A stretch of 64,000 nucleotides of DNA from Parcubacteria group bacterium GW2011_GWD2_38_12 (GCA_000992345.1 LBUA01000001.1:13542-77541), one strand, 5' to 3'; positions 10,181-22,311 are shown, counted from the first letter of the stretch. Notes: generated by a model not told the origin, from the sequence alone. Numbers and translations are program-made.

Positions 10181-10549
10181 ATGTTGAAATTTCTTCTTGG
10201 AGGAATCATATTCGCAACTGGTATTTCATGGGCGTCTTTTGCGGCGATTGTATTTAGCGTTGACCCTAAAGATGTTGGGGGGGTGGGCATCGCGCTTTTT
10301 TATACTAGCTTATTTTTGGGGCTTTCCGGGGTTTTATTTTTATTGATGGCGTATTTGAGAAATAAAAAGCTCAGAATCAATGTAAAAGAGATGATTCATA
10401 ATATTTTTAGGCATTCTATTTTATTATCGGTATTTTTTGTCGGCTTGTTATTTTTGCACCAATCTAATATGCTGAATATTATTTCGGTTGTATGCTTGGC
10501 GGTGTTTACATTGGCTGTAGAAATATATTTTTTAAAAATGAATCAATAA
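10181..10549 (+). CDS. Hypothetical four-TM membrane protein
   Basis: Hydrophobic ORF directly after pyrG, ATG at 10181. Confidence 0.7.
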   Translation: MLKFLLGGIIFATGISWASFAAIVFSVDPKDVGGVGIALFYTSLFLGLSGVLFLLMAYLRNKKLRINVKEMIHNIFRHSILLSVFFVGLLFLHQSNMLNIISVVCLAVFTLAVEIYFLKMNQ

Positions 10550-10630
10550 AATCACGCAACATAAAACATCCGGCAAGAGGCAATATATTTGAAACGCTTC
10601 ATGCTTCATATTTTGTGTTTCATGACTGTG

Positions 10631-11644
10631 ATGGATTTACAGCAAAAATTAGAGAATATAAAGAAACTATTTAATCAAAAAATAAGAGATGTAAAAAATC
10701 TTGAAGTTTTGGAAAATTTGCGAGTTCAGTTTTTGGGTAGGAAAAGCGAGTTGGTGGAATTTTTAAAGGGGATTAAAAATTTAACCGAAGAAGAAAAAAG
10801 GAAATTTGGCCCCGTTGCCAATCAATTGAGGCGGGAGATGGAAAAATTAATGGAAGACGCAAAGAAATCGCTTAAAATGCGCGAGGTTGGTAAATTGATG
10901 GAAAAAGATCGTATTGATATTTCTGCTCCAGCCAAAAAAATATCTCAAGGACATTTACACCCATTAACTTTGATACAAAGGAAGATTGAGGATATTTTTC
11001 AGTCTATTGGTTTTGAAGTTGTTGAAGGACCAGAGATAGAGACGGAATACTATAATTTCAATGCCCTAAATATTCCGGCTGATCATCCAGCCAGAGAAAT
11101 GCAAGATACTTTCTGGCTCCAAACTCCAAACTCCAAACTCCAAACTCCAAAGTTACTAATGCGAACACAGACTTCATCTGTTCAGATTAGATACGCGGAA
11201 AATCATCAACCGCCGATTAGAATTATTTCCCCGGGCAGAGTTTTTAGGTTTGAAGCAACTGACCAAACTCACGATATTCAATTTCATCAAATTGAGGGAT
11301 TGATGATTGATAAAAATATTTCCCTTGCCAATCTAAAGGGAGTTTTGGAAATTTTATTTAAAAAGCTTTATGGCAAAGGAGTGGAGGTTCGTTTTAGGCC
11401 CAGTTACTTTCCCTTTGTGGAGCCGGGAGTGGAGGTAGATATGAAATTCAGAGGAAAGTGGATGGAAATTGCGGGCGCCGGAATGGTGCATCCGAAAGTT
11501 TTAAATACCATGAAAATAGATAGTCGCATTTGGCAGGGATTTGCTTTCGGTATGGGGCTTGAGAGATTGGCAATAATTAAATATGGGATTGATGATGTGA
11601 GACTGTTTTCATCGGGAGATTTGAGATTTCTGAAACAGTTTTAA
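10631..11644 (+). CDS. pheS: Phenylalanine--tRNA ligase alpha subunit
   Basis: GHLHPL, HPAREMQDTF, FHQIEG, RPSYFPFVEP, GFAFGMGLERL. ATG 10631 preferred. Confidence 0.98.
   Translation: MDLQQKLENIKKLFNQKIRDVKNLEVLENLRVQFLGRKSELVEFLKGIKNLTEEEKRKFGPVANQLRREMEKLMEDAKKSLKMREVGKLMEKDRIDISAPAKKISQGHLHPLTLIQRKIEDIFQSIGFEVVEGPEIETEYYNFNALNIPADHPAREMQDTFWLQTPNSKLQTPKLLMRTQTSSVQIRYAENHQPPIRIISPGRVFRFEATDQTHDIQFHQIEGLMIDKNISLANLKGVLEILFKKLYGKGVEVRFRPSYFPFVEPGVEVDMKFRGKWMEIAGAGMVHPKVLNTMKIDSRIWQGFAFGMGLERLAIIKYGIDDVRLFSSGDLRFLKQF
11117..11151 (+). repeat. (CTCCAAA)5 heptamer tandem array inside pheS
   Basis: Five perfect copies encoding LQTPNSKLQTPK. Confidence 0.95.
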
Positions 11645-11668
11645 TCAAACGCTGATTGGCGCGGAATT

Positions 11669-12079
11669 ATGGAAGAATTTAAAAAAACTTTAGGACATGG
11701 AAAAGAAGAAGAACATTCTCCCGAAGATTTAAGAAGAGAGATAGTGGAGATGATAGCAAAAATAAAAAAAGAAAACCCGAACGATCCCCATCTTATTAAT
11801 ATAAATACAGAAAATATTAAAGAAGAAGATAGGGAGATACAAAAAAGATATGAGCAACTCTTAAATAAAGGACTGACGTTGACCGAAGAGGAGTATAATG
11901 AATTTTTTAATGAATTTGTCATATATAGAAATAAGGTTTTTAAAGAAATTGAAGAGAAAAAGACACATTCAAGTCGCTTAGACTTTGTTGGTTATTTGGG
12001 AAATAAAATAGCAGGGAAAATTTATGTTCCCTGTAGGAAAAATTGGCCAAATAAAGGGGAGAGACCATTAAAACCATGA
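11669..12079 (+). CDS. Hypothetical charged protein between pheS and pheT
   Basis: 136-aa ORF whose stop overlaps the pheT start (ATGA). Confidence 0.7.
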   Translation: MEEFKKTLGHGKEEEHSPEDLRREIVEMIAKIKKENPNDPHLININTENIKEEDREIQKRYEQLLNKGLTLTEEEYNEFFNEFVIYRNKVFKEIEEKKTHSSRLDFVGYLGNKIAGKIYVPCRKNWPNKGERPLKP

Positions 12080-14637
12080 AAATCTCATATAATTGGTTAA
12101 AAGATTTCGTGAACCTAAAAAGATATTCGGCTCCAGAGCTAGCGGATTTATTGACCATGAACTTTGCGGAAGTCGATGGGATTAAAACGCTTGGCGATGA
12201 TTTGATTTTTGATTTGAAAATTTTACCAGATAGAGCTTCGGATTGCCTGTCGCATTATGGAGTGGCGCGTGAGTTAGCTGCGCTAACAAAGTTAAAAGTT
12301 AAAAGTTTAAAGTTTAAAGTTAAAGAAAGTAAAAAAATAAATATAAAAGATTTGATAGAAGTTGAAAATCAAAATCCGGAGATTTGTAAAAGATATATTT
12401 CGCGAGTAATTTTGGATGTTAAGGTCGGGGCTTCTCCGAAATGGTTGAAAGAGAGACTTGAATCATTGGGTCAAAAATCTATAAATAATGTAGTGGACGC
12501 GACAAATTATGTGATGTTGGAACTGGGGCAACCGATGCATATTTTTGATTTTGATAAAATCAAAAATATGCAAGTTAAAAGTGAAAAGTCCATGCCTACC
12601 GGCAGGCAGGTAAAAGCGCAAAGTGAAATTTCAAAAATTATAATCCGAAAAGCAAAAGTCGGAGAAAAGATAACAACCCTAGATAATCAAGAAATAGAAC
12701 TAAATGAAGATGTTCTTGTAATTGTCGGCTCTGATACTCCAAACTCCAAACTCCAAACTCCAAGCTCTATTCTGGCAATTGCTGGCATAAAAGGCGGAAA
12801 GAAAGCGGAAATAGATCAAAATACCAAAAATATTATTTTGGAATCAGCGAATTTCAGCGCAGAGGCAATACGCAAAGCTTCAAAACTGACTGGAATAAGA
12901 ACAGAGTCTTCTGCCAGGTTTTCCGCTGATTTAGATCCTAATCTAGCGGGTATTGCTATTGAAAGATTGGCATCTTTATTGGTTCAAATTGCTGGAGGGG
13001 AAGCAGTTAGCGGGAAAATAGACATTTATCCACGCAAGGTTATGAGTGCGAAAGTTGCTGTTTCTTTGAATGACGTTATAAGTTTATTGGGAGAGAAAAT
13101 ATCCGAAAAAGAATTTTTGAGTATTTTTAAACAGCTAAACTTTAAGGTAGAAAAGATTTATCAAGAGAAAGAATTAATGAAATTGGCAAGGAAATTTATT
13201 GGCAGGCCATACAAATATGGGGCAAGCACAAGTCAAGATGCTCCCGAAACATTTGATTGCTCCAGTTTTGTTCAATATTTATATTGGCAAATTGGCATTG
13301 AGATTCCCAGAATTTCAGTTGAGCAGTTTTTATTTGCGCGTTCCATTGAAAAGAAAGATTTGAAAATTGGCGATCTGGCTTTTAGAAAAGGAGGAAGGCC
13401 ATATTTCTATAAAGAAACTCCAAGGGGTATTGGACATGTGGGGGTTTATATCGGGAAAGGCAGGGTTGTCCATGCATCCGGAGACAAAAAGAAAGTAATC
13501 GAAGAAAAATTAGAAACATTTTGCAAGAAAGACTTTCGCGGATTTGGAAGAATAGCTGATTTAGGGGATGAGGCTTTTGTCATCGAAATCCCCACATATA
13601 GGAGAGATATCAGAATGAAAGCTGATATTATTGAAGAGATTGGCCGGATTTACGGTTATCAAAATATAAAATCAAAATTGCCTGAAGGTATTCTGATGCT
13701 GCCTCAAAGAAATGATGAGATTTTTTGGGAAAATTTATCAAAAAACGCTTTAGTATCCACTGGATTTACTGAAGTTTATAACTACTCTTTTATCGGTGGA
13801 AAAGATTTAAAGGCGGGTTTTATTATTCCTGAAAATATTTTAGAACTTCAAAATTATATTAGCGATGACAAAAGATATTTGCGACCAAGCTTGATTTTTG
13901 GTTTTCTAAGAAATATCGAAGAAAATTTCAGGTATTTTAATGAGACGCGCATATTTGAAGTTGGCAAAATTTTCACCCTTAATGCAAAAGAAAAAATTTC
14001 TGAGAGAAAGTTTATTGGCGGGGCCATTTCCCTTAAAGGGAAAAGAAATAGCGCAAAAGCTGAGGAATTTTATGAATTAAAAGCCACCGTTGATTTATTG
14101 ATGCAGAAATTGGGTGTGCCGGAATTTTGGTATGATGATTATCAGGCCACGCCCGAGATCATTGAAGGAAAAATTTGGCACCATTTGCGTTTAGCGGAAA
14201 TTAAAATAGGTGACGAGAGAGTCGGATTTATTGGAGAAATAAATCCGAATGTCATTGGAAATTATGATATAGACGGAAGAGTGGCGATGTTTGAAATTGA
14301 TTTTGAAAAATTAGCGTGTCTCGCTAACGAAGATTTTATTTATAGTCCTATATCAAAATTCCCAGCCATAGAAAGAGATTTGGCGATACTTACTCCCATT
14401 AATGTGAAAGTTGATGATGTTTTAAATGTCCTGGAAAATATAGGCGGCCAGTTGCTCATAAATACGGATTTATTTGATGTTTATGAAGGCGATAATATTC
14501 AGGAGGGTAAAAAGAGTTTGGCCTTCCATTTGATATTCCAGTCGCGGGAAAGAACTTTATCCGATAAGGAAGTGGATGAAATTTTAGCCGAAATAATCGT
14601 TGCTTTATCCGAGGAGGGTTGGGAAATTAGAAGATAG
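12076..14637 (+). CDS. pheT: Phenylalanine--tRNA ligase beta subunit, B2-less, with an NlpC/P60 domain inserted in B5
   Basis: MKISYNWL, DCLSHYGVARE, INNVVDATNYVMLELGQPMH, PTYRRDI..ADIIEEIGRIYGY, C-terminal FDX-ACB (KFPAIERDLA...KKSLAF). Insert carries PYKYG, FDCSSFV, GHVGVY and VHAS. Confidence 0.96.
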   Translation: MKISYNWLKDFVNLKRYSAPELADLLTMNFAEVDGIKTLGDDLIFDLKILPDRASDCLSHYGVARELAALTKLKVKSLKFKVKESKKINIKDLIEVENQNPEICKRYISRVILDVKVGASPKWLKERLESLGQKSINNVVDATNYVMLELGQPMHIFDFDKIKNMQVKSEKSMPTGRQVKAQSEISKIIIRKAKVGEKITTLDNQEIELNEDVLVIVGSDTPNSKLQTPSSILAIAGIKGGKKAEIDQNTKNIILESANFSAEAIRKASKLTGIRTESSARFSADLDPNLAGIAIERLASLLVQIAGGEAVSGKIDIYPRKVMSAKVAVSLNDVISLLGEKISEKEFLSIFKQLNFKVEKIYQEKELMKLARKFIGRPYKYGASTSQDAPETFDCSSFVQYLYWQIGIEIPRISVEQFLFARSIEKKDLKIGDLAFRKGGRPYFYKETPRGIGHVGVYIGKGRVVHASGDKKKVIEEKLETFCKKDFRGFGRIADLGDEAFVIEIPTYRRDIRMKADIIEEIGRIYGYQNIKSKLPEGILMLPQRNDEIFWENLSKNALVSTGFTEVYNYSFIGGKDLKAGFIIPENILELQNYISDDKRYLRPSLIFGFLRNIEENFRYFNETRIFEVGKIFTLNAKEKISERKFIGGAISLKGKRNSAKAEEFYELKATVDLLMQKLGVPEFWYDDYQATPEIIEGKIWHHLRLAEIKIGDERVGFIGEINPNVIGNYDIDGRVAMFEIDFEKLACLANEDFIYSPISKFPAIERDLAILTPINVKVDDVLNVLENIGGQLLINTDLFDVYEGDNIQEGKKSLAFHLIFQSRERTLSDKEVDEILAEIIVALSEEGWEIRR

Positions 14638-14667
14638 TGATTATTTATATAATTAGATATAAATTTC

Positions 14668-14705
14668 AAGTAAAAATCCCGCTTAACTAAGCGGGATTTT
14701 TACTT
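14668..14705 (+). terminator. Intrinsic terminator after pheT
   Basis: aagtaaaaatcccgctta / taagcgggatttttactt. Confidence 0.8.
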
Positions 14706-14715
14706 ATTTTTAGGG

Positions 14716-14744
14716 TTGTATAAATGTTTAAAATTTGATATAAT
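14716..14744 (+). promoter_or_regulatory. Predicted gyrB promoter
   Basis: TTGTAT-17 bp-TATAAT. Confidence 0.5.
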
Positions 14745-14854
14745 TTGATTATAAAACAAGTTGAAAAAACGCTTTTTAGTCCGCTTTATAAGCGGATTTC
14801 TAATTGATATTAGGCTTAAATTGCAGAATTGTATTTTGTAATTTAAGGCAGTAA

Positions 14855-16999
<2,145 letters not shown>

Positions 17000-17003
17000 A
17001 TAA

Positions 17004-17567
17004 ATGCAAAACACAAAACACAAAACACAAAATAAAATTATACCTCAAAAATTTTTTGAAAAGCCAACATTGGAAGTGACGGAGAATTTACTTGGGAAAT
17101 ATTTGGTTAGAAAAACAGGTGGTAAGACGATTGCTGGAATAATAACGGAACTGGAAGCATATGTTGGTGAAACTGATTTAGCGTGTCACGCCGCAAAAGG
17201 GCGAACAAAAAGGACAGAGATTATGTATCAAGATGCCGGAACTCTGTATGTTTATATGATTTACGGGATGTTTTATTGTTTGAATGTCGTGACCGAGAAA
17301 AAAGATTTTCCTTCGGCAATATTGATACGGGCAGTAAAAGTAGACGGTATTGATTTTATGGCGACAAGTGGTCCGGGGAAATTATGTAAAATTTTAAAAA
17401 TAGATCGCAAATTCAACGGGTTGAAATTAGGCAAGAAAAGCGGACTTTGGATAGAAGATAGGGGGATAAAAATAAAAAAATCACAAATTATAAAAAGCAA
17501 AAGAATAGGGGTTGATTATGCCGGACATTGTAAAGATTATTTGTGGAGGTTTTCTATTAAAATTTAA
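17004..17567 (+). CDS. mpg: DNA-3-methyladenine glycosylase (AAG/MPG family)
   Basis: LLGKYLV, ITELEAY, YVYMIYGM..CLNVV, GPGKLC, RIGV..WRF. Confidence 0.92.
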   Translation: MQNTKHKTQNKIIPQKFFEKPTLEVTENLLGKYLVRKTGGKTIAGIITELEAYVGETDLACHAAKGRTKRTEIMYQDAGTLYVYMIYGMFYCLNVVTEKKDFPSAILIRAVKVDGIDFMATSGPGKLCKILKIDRKFNGLKLGKKSGLWIEDRGIKIKKSQIIKSKRIGVDYAGHCKDYLWRFSIKI

Positions 17568-17571
17568 GATT

Positions 17572-18291
17572 ATGCAAGTTTTGTTTTTCTTTTCGGCATT
17601 TTTTGCAGAAATTGCAGGGACCATAGCTGGCTTCGGATCTTCCACTATTTTTCTGCCCCTCGCATTATTTTTCGTTGATTTTAAAACTGCCCTTTTACTT
17701 GTGGCTTTGACGCATATTTTCGGTAATCTCGGAAAAATAACATTTTTTAAACACGGCATAGATAAAAGATTGCTTATAATCTTTGGCTTGCCGAGCGTTT
17801 TATTATCTTTGTTCGGCGCTTTGCTTGTTGGTTATATCAATCAAGATATTCTAAAAATGATTCTTGGTATTTTTCTCGCCATTTTTTCACTAGGATCATT
17901 TTTGATGCCAGATTTTAAATTTGCTCCAGTCGCGCAGAATGCAATTGTCGGAGGGGCAATTTCCGGTTTCATAGCCGGATTGATCGGGACAGGCGGAGCG
18001 CTTCGTAGCGCTTTTTTGACGGCTTTTAATTTGGAGAAAGAAAAATATATTGCTACAGCCGCAGTAATTGCTATCGCAGTTGATGCGACAAGAATCCCCG
18101 TGTATCTCTCCAGCGATTTTATGGATGAAAAATATTATTATTTCATACCTATGCTTTTTGTGATTGCGATTTTAGGCTCGTTTATCGGCAGGAAAATAGT
18201 TGACAAGATTTCTCAGGATAAGTTTAGGAAGCTAGTACTTTTTGCGATTTTTCTAATATCTCTAAAATTCATTTGGGATTATTTGGGTTGA
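17572..18291 (+). CDS. TauE/SafE (TSUP) family transporter
   Basis: GTIAGFGSS and GLIGTGG internal repeat, about eight TM helices. ATG 17572. Confidence 0.85.
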   Translation: MQVLFFFSAFFAEIAGTIAGFGSSTIFLPLALFFVDFKTALLLVALTHIFGNLGKITFFKHGIDKRLLIIFGLPSVLLSLFGALLVGYINQDILKMILGIFLAIFSLGSFLMPDFKFAPVAQNAIVGGAISGFIAGLIGTGGALRSAFLTAFNLEKEKYIATAAVIAIAVDATRIPVYLSSDFMDEKYYYFIPMLFVIAILGSFIGRKIVDKISQDKFRKLVLFAIFLISLKFIWDYLG

Positions 18292-18584
18292 TGGCGAATA
18301 AAATATAAATGTGACAAAAATAAGAAAACAAACTTTTACTTATGGACTCGTTTTGGGAATTATAATAAATAATTGTTTTTGACTTCTATTTGATGAATAT
18401 GTAAGATGGGTTTGTGCTAGAGAAAATAGCGACTTCTGCGCCAATTATAAATAATCAGTGAGTTTTTAATACTTATTGTTTAGTGTCGTCTAGCAGTCCC
18501 TATTTTTAAGAATAAATTTAATTTATAGAATTAGTGCGGGGTGTTCAGAATTTTAATCAAATTTTGTATGCTTCGTTTTGAAAT

Positions 18585-19862
18585 TTGGAGCATTCCGGCA
18601 AATTTTTAATAAAAGGTGGAAGAAAGCTGAGCGGCGAGATTGATATAATGGGCAGCAAAAATGCGGCAACACCGATATTGGCTGCGACATTGTTGACGAG
18701 TGAAGAATGTATTATCGATAACATCCCTTTGATTGAAGATGTATTTAGATTGATTGAAATTTTAAAACACCTTGGCGCAGAAGCTGATTTTATTGGTAAG
18801 AGAAAATTGAAAATAAGAGCAAGAAACATAGACGTAGGTAGATTAAATAATGCAGGCGTTGGCAAATTAAGATCCTCGGTTTTATTGATGGGGCCGCTTC
18901 TCGCTAGATTCAGGAAAATTCAAACCAAAAATCCGGGAGGATGTCTTATCGGTAATCGTCCGCTTGATACTCATCTTGAGGCATTTGTTGATTTAGGAGC
19001 CAAGATTGCGCCAAATGGCAACAATCTTGATATAATTTTAAAAAATAAACCCAAAGATGAAATAGTGCTTAAAGAATTTTCCGTAACTGCGACGGAAAAT
19101 GTCTTAATGTTTGCTTCATTGATGCCACAAAGAACAATTATAAAAATAGCCGCAATGGAGCCACATGTACGAGATTTAATAAAATTTTTACGCGCCATGG
19201 GCGTAAAAATAAAATTATTAGACAGTCATACCATTGAAGTAGTGGGAGTAAAAAAACTTCGCGGCGCAAAGCATAAAATTATTCCGGATCAAATAGAGGC
19301 GGGAACGTTTTTAATAATTGGAGCTTTGATAGGCAGTGATATTTTAGTAAAAAATTGCAGAATAGATCATTTGGATTTAATTTTAAAAAAGTTGAAAGAA
19401 TTTAATATTGATTATAAGTTTGAAAAGCGAAGGGGAAATTTTGCCGATATTAGAATTAAGACAAATTATCCATTAAGAGCGGCAAAGGTTCAGGCGATGC
19501 CATATCCGGGAATTCCTACGGATTTGCAATCAATCTTTGGTGTCTTAGCCACTCAAGCGCAGGGGACAAGCATGATTCATGACCCATTATTTGAAGGAAG
19601 ATTCAAATATCTGGATGAGCTTGTGAAAATGGGTGCTAATGTTGTTGTCTGCGATCCGCACAGAGCATTAATTACCGGTCGGACTCAGCTTCAAGGAACT
19701 AATATAACAAGTTATGATTTACGCGCGGGAGCGTCTTTGATTATTGCAGGCTTGATTGCTAGCGGAGAAACTGTTATAAATGACGCATATCAAGTGGATA
19801 GAGGATATGAAAGGATAGAAGAAAGGTTGCAGAAGTTGGGAGCGGACATAACCAGAATTTAG
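18585..19862 (+). CDS. murA: UDP-N-acetylglucosamine 1-carboxyvinyltransferase
   Basis: GSKNAA, PGGCLIGNRP (catalytic Cys), SVTATEN, YPGIPTDLQ, DLRAGA, DRGYE. TTG start. Confidence 0.96.
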   Translation: MEHSGKFLIKGGRKLSGEIDIMGSKNAATPILAATLLTSEECIIDNIPLIEDVFRLIEILKHLGAEADFIGKRKLKIRARNIDVGRLNNAGVGKLRSSVLLMGPLLARFRKIQTKNPGGCLIGNRPLDTHLEAFVDLGAKIAPNGNNLDIILKNKPKDEIVLKEFSVTATENVLMFASLMPQRTIIKIAAMEPHVRDLIKFLRAMGVKIKLLDSHTIEVVGVKKLRGAKHKIIPDQIEAGTFLIIGALIGSDILVKNCRIDHLDLILKKLKEFNIDYKFEKRRGNFADIRIKTNYPLRAAKVQAMPYPGIPTDLQSIFGVLATQAQGTSMIHDPLFEGRFKYLDELVKMGANVVVCDPHRALITGRTQLQGTNITSYDLRAGASLIIAGLIASGETVINDAYQVDRGYERIEERLQKLGADITRI

Positions 19863-19936
19863 AATTTTGAATTTAGAATTTAACGGTATTTAAAACTTAT
19901 ATTCTAAATACTACATTTTATAATTCTTTCAAGAAC

Positions 19937-20944
19937 TTGTTTCTCAAAAAAATCGGAATAGATTTAGGCACGACAAATACTTTAGTTTTTATTCCCCACA
20001 AAGGGGTTGTTATCAATGAGCCGTCGGTGGTGGCGGTTTCTGTTATTGATAATTCTATTTTGGCTGTTGGCGTGGAAGCAAAAGAAATGGTTGGCCGCAC
20101 GCCTGAAACCATTGTAGCGCGCAGGCCGCTTAAAGACGGGGTAATAGCCGATTATAAAACTACCGAGGCAATGCTCAGATATTTTATAAATAAAGCTTTG
20201 GGGAGATTTCGATTTTTTAGGCCGGAAGTTATGGTTTCTGTTCCTGCGGGTATTACCTCTACGGAGAGAAGGGCAGTTATTGATGCGGCTATCCGTTCTG
20301 GCGCAAAAACTGCTTATCTCATTAAGGAGCCGGTGCTTGCCGCTATCGGAGCAGGTATTCCCATTAACGAAGCTATGGGCAATATGATTGTGAATATCGG
20401 GGGTGGCACAAGCGAAATAGCCGTTATATCGCTTGGCGGTATTGTTTCTTGCCATTCGATACGTGTGGCCGGGAATAAGCTCGACCAGTCTTTAGTTGAC
20501 TATATAAAGCGCAAGCATAATTTGGCTATTGGCGAAAGAACAGCAGAAGAAATAAAAATAACTATTGGTAGCGCTTTAGCTCAGAAAAAAGAAGAAGAGA
20601 TGGAAGTCAGGGGCCGAGATCTCATAACTGGTCTGCCCAAAACCATTAAAATAACTACAAATGAAACAGTAGAGGCTATGGCAGATCAATTAGAAGAAAT
20701 AATAAGAGCTATTAGGGGGGTTGTATCGCAAACTCCTCCGGAACTTTGCGCGGACATTATGGATAAGGGAATTGTTTTATCTGGTGGCACCGCTCTGCTT
20801 CGCAATCTTGATGAATTAATAATGAAATCTACAGGTGTTCCATCTTATGTCGCGCAAGATCCTTTGCTTTGTGTCGCAAAAGGTGCTGGCGTTACATTGG
20901 AGAATTTGGAAATTTATAAGAGATCAATAATGGCGAAAAAGTAA
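19937..20944 (+). CDS. mreB: Rod-shape determining protein MreB paralog (intact, murA-linked)
   Basis: IGIDLGTTNT, NEPSVVA, RPLKDGVIAD, NIGGGTSE, GRDL..GLP, TPPEL. TTG start. Confidence 0.95.
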   Translation: MFLKKIGIDLGTTNTLVFIPHKGVVINEPSVVAVSVIDNSILAVGVEAKEMVGRTPETIVARRPLKDGVIADYKTTEAMLRYFINKALGRFRFFRPEVMVSVPAGITSTERRAVIDAAIRSGAKTAYLIKEPVLAAIGAGIPINEAMGNMIVNIGGGTSEIAVISLGGIVSCHSIRVAGNKLDQSLVDYIKRKHNLAIGERTAEEIKITIGSALAQKKEEEMEVRGRDLITGLPKTIKITTNETVEAMADQLEEIIRAIRGVVSQTPPELCADIMDKGIVLSGGTALLRNLDELIMKSTGVPSYVAQDPLLCVAKGAGVTLENLEIYKRSIMAKK

Positions 20945-21051
20945 GATTTTTGTCCAAATTTTAGAGCTGAAAGCGAATAAAATTTGGTTACAAAATCTTA
21001 CCCTGTTAAATTCCCGCGAAGCGGGGGCGCCGAAGGCGCATTTAACAGGGT
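20942..21051. repeat. Structured intergenic repeat, copy A (TAAG..CTTA hairpin plus CCCTGTTAAAT..ATTTAACAGGG module)
   Basis: Homologous to 48021-48201 and 53634-53871. Begins at the mreB stop codon. Confidence 0.9.
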
Positions 21052-21092
21052 GTGCTGGGCTTTGCGATTGTTTAAATTTATTTTTATAAAAT

Positions 21093-22199
21093 ATGATTAT
21101 TGGAATTCACAGTGTAGCTGCTTTTAAACCGCACAAAACCGGCGTTGAAAAATACGCTAAGAGATTAGTTGAGAATATGGCGATGCTTCCGGAAGCGAAG
21201 GAGCATCGTTTTATTTTGTATACAAATAAACAGAATCAATCTACTGTTACGGAAAGAATAAAGAATCAAGATTTGCCAGAAAATTTTTATTTGAAAATTT
21301 TGAAGTTTCCGTTTTTGTGGACGCAAATAAGACTAGCGGCGCATTTTATTTTTAAAAAACCCGATGCTTTTTTTGTTCCAGCTCATATTTTGCCGATAAT
21401 ATCGCATCCCAAAAACTCCACAGTGATGATTCACGACATTGCTTTTGAATTATTCCCCGAGGCGTATCCATTGTTTCATAGAAAATATTTGCGATTTACC
21501 ACAAAATACGCGCTAAAACACGCTGAAAAAATAATCGTGCCATCGGAAAGCACAAAGCAAGATATTTTGCGTTTTTATAAATGGGTGGACGAGAAAAAGA
21601 TTTTTGTTGTTTATCACGGAATGGAGTATAAACTGCTTGATTTAAAATTCTCCGAAGCACCACTCAATTTCCCCTATTTTCTTTATATCGGGAGATTAGA
21701 GTTTAAGAAAAATATTCTCGGAATTTTGCGGGCGTTTGATTTGTTTAAAGCGCAGTATAAATCTACGCACAAATTAGTGCTTGCCGGCGGTTTGGGTTTT
21801 GGCGGCGAGAAAATAAAAGAAATGGCGGCAAAACACAGATTTAAAAATGATATAATTTTAACAGGGTTTATTTCCGAAGAAAAAAAAGAAAATTTGTTTG
21901 TCTCTGCCGATATATTTTTGTTCCCATCTCTTTATGAGGGTTTTGGTTTTCCGATCTTGGAAGCGCAAGCTTTTGGCGTTCCAGTAATAACTTCATGTAT
22001 CTCTTCTATGCCTGAAGTATCCGGGGAGGGGGCTATTTTGGTTAATCCTCATAAGCCAGAAGAAATTAAAGATGCTATAATCAGGATTTTAATTGATGAA
22101 AGCTTGCGGAAAAATCTGATTGTAAAAGGCAGGGAAAATTTAAAAATATTTTCCTGGCAAAATTGCGCCCGAGAAACTTTAAGAATTATAACCGATTAA
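21093..22199 (+). CDS. Glycosyltransferase family 4 (GT-B)
   Basis: TGVEKY, IHDIAF, GRLEFKKN, PSLYEGFGFPILEA. Confidence 0.93.
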   Translation: MIIGIHSVAAFKPHKTGVEKYAKRLVENMAMLPEAKEHRFILYTNKQNQSTVTERIKNQDLPENFYLKILKFPFLWTQIRLAAHFIFKKPDAFFVPAHILPIISHPKNSTVMIHDIAFELFPEAYPLFHRKYLRFTTKYALKHAEKIIVPSESTKQDILRFYKWVDEKKIFVVYHGMEYKLLDLKFSEAPLNFPYFLYIGRLEFKKNILGILRAFDLFKAQYKSTHKLVLAGGLGFGGEKIKEMAAKHRFKNDIILTGFISEEKKENLFVSADIFLFPSLYEGFGFPILEAQAFGVPVITSCISSMPEVSGEGAILVNPHKPEEIKDAIIRILIDESLRKNLIVKGRENLKIFSWQNCARETLRIITD

Positions 22200-22311
22200 A
22201 ATTAGATTAAGTTTAACCCCCCAGTTATTCAGTTATTGTTCCAATATTCTTAAGAATTTGAGAATGATAATTCTTTTATTAAAATTGTGGAATTTGGTAG
22301 AATGGCGGTAT

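Noticed and set aside
13156-13566. Intein or self-splicing intron as the explanation for the PheT insert
   Set aside because: No Cys/Ser start with His-Asn end and no homing endonuclease motif. The insert has NlpC/P60 motifs instead.
18292-18584. Possible small gene or RNA between the TauE/SafE gene and murA
   Set aside because: Only very short frames and no convincing stable structure.
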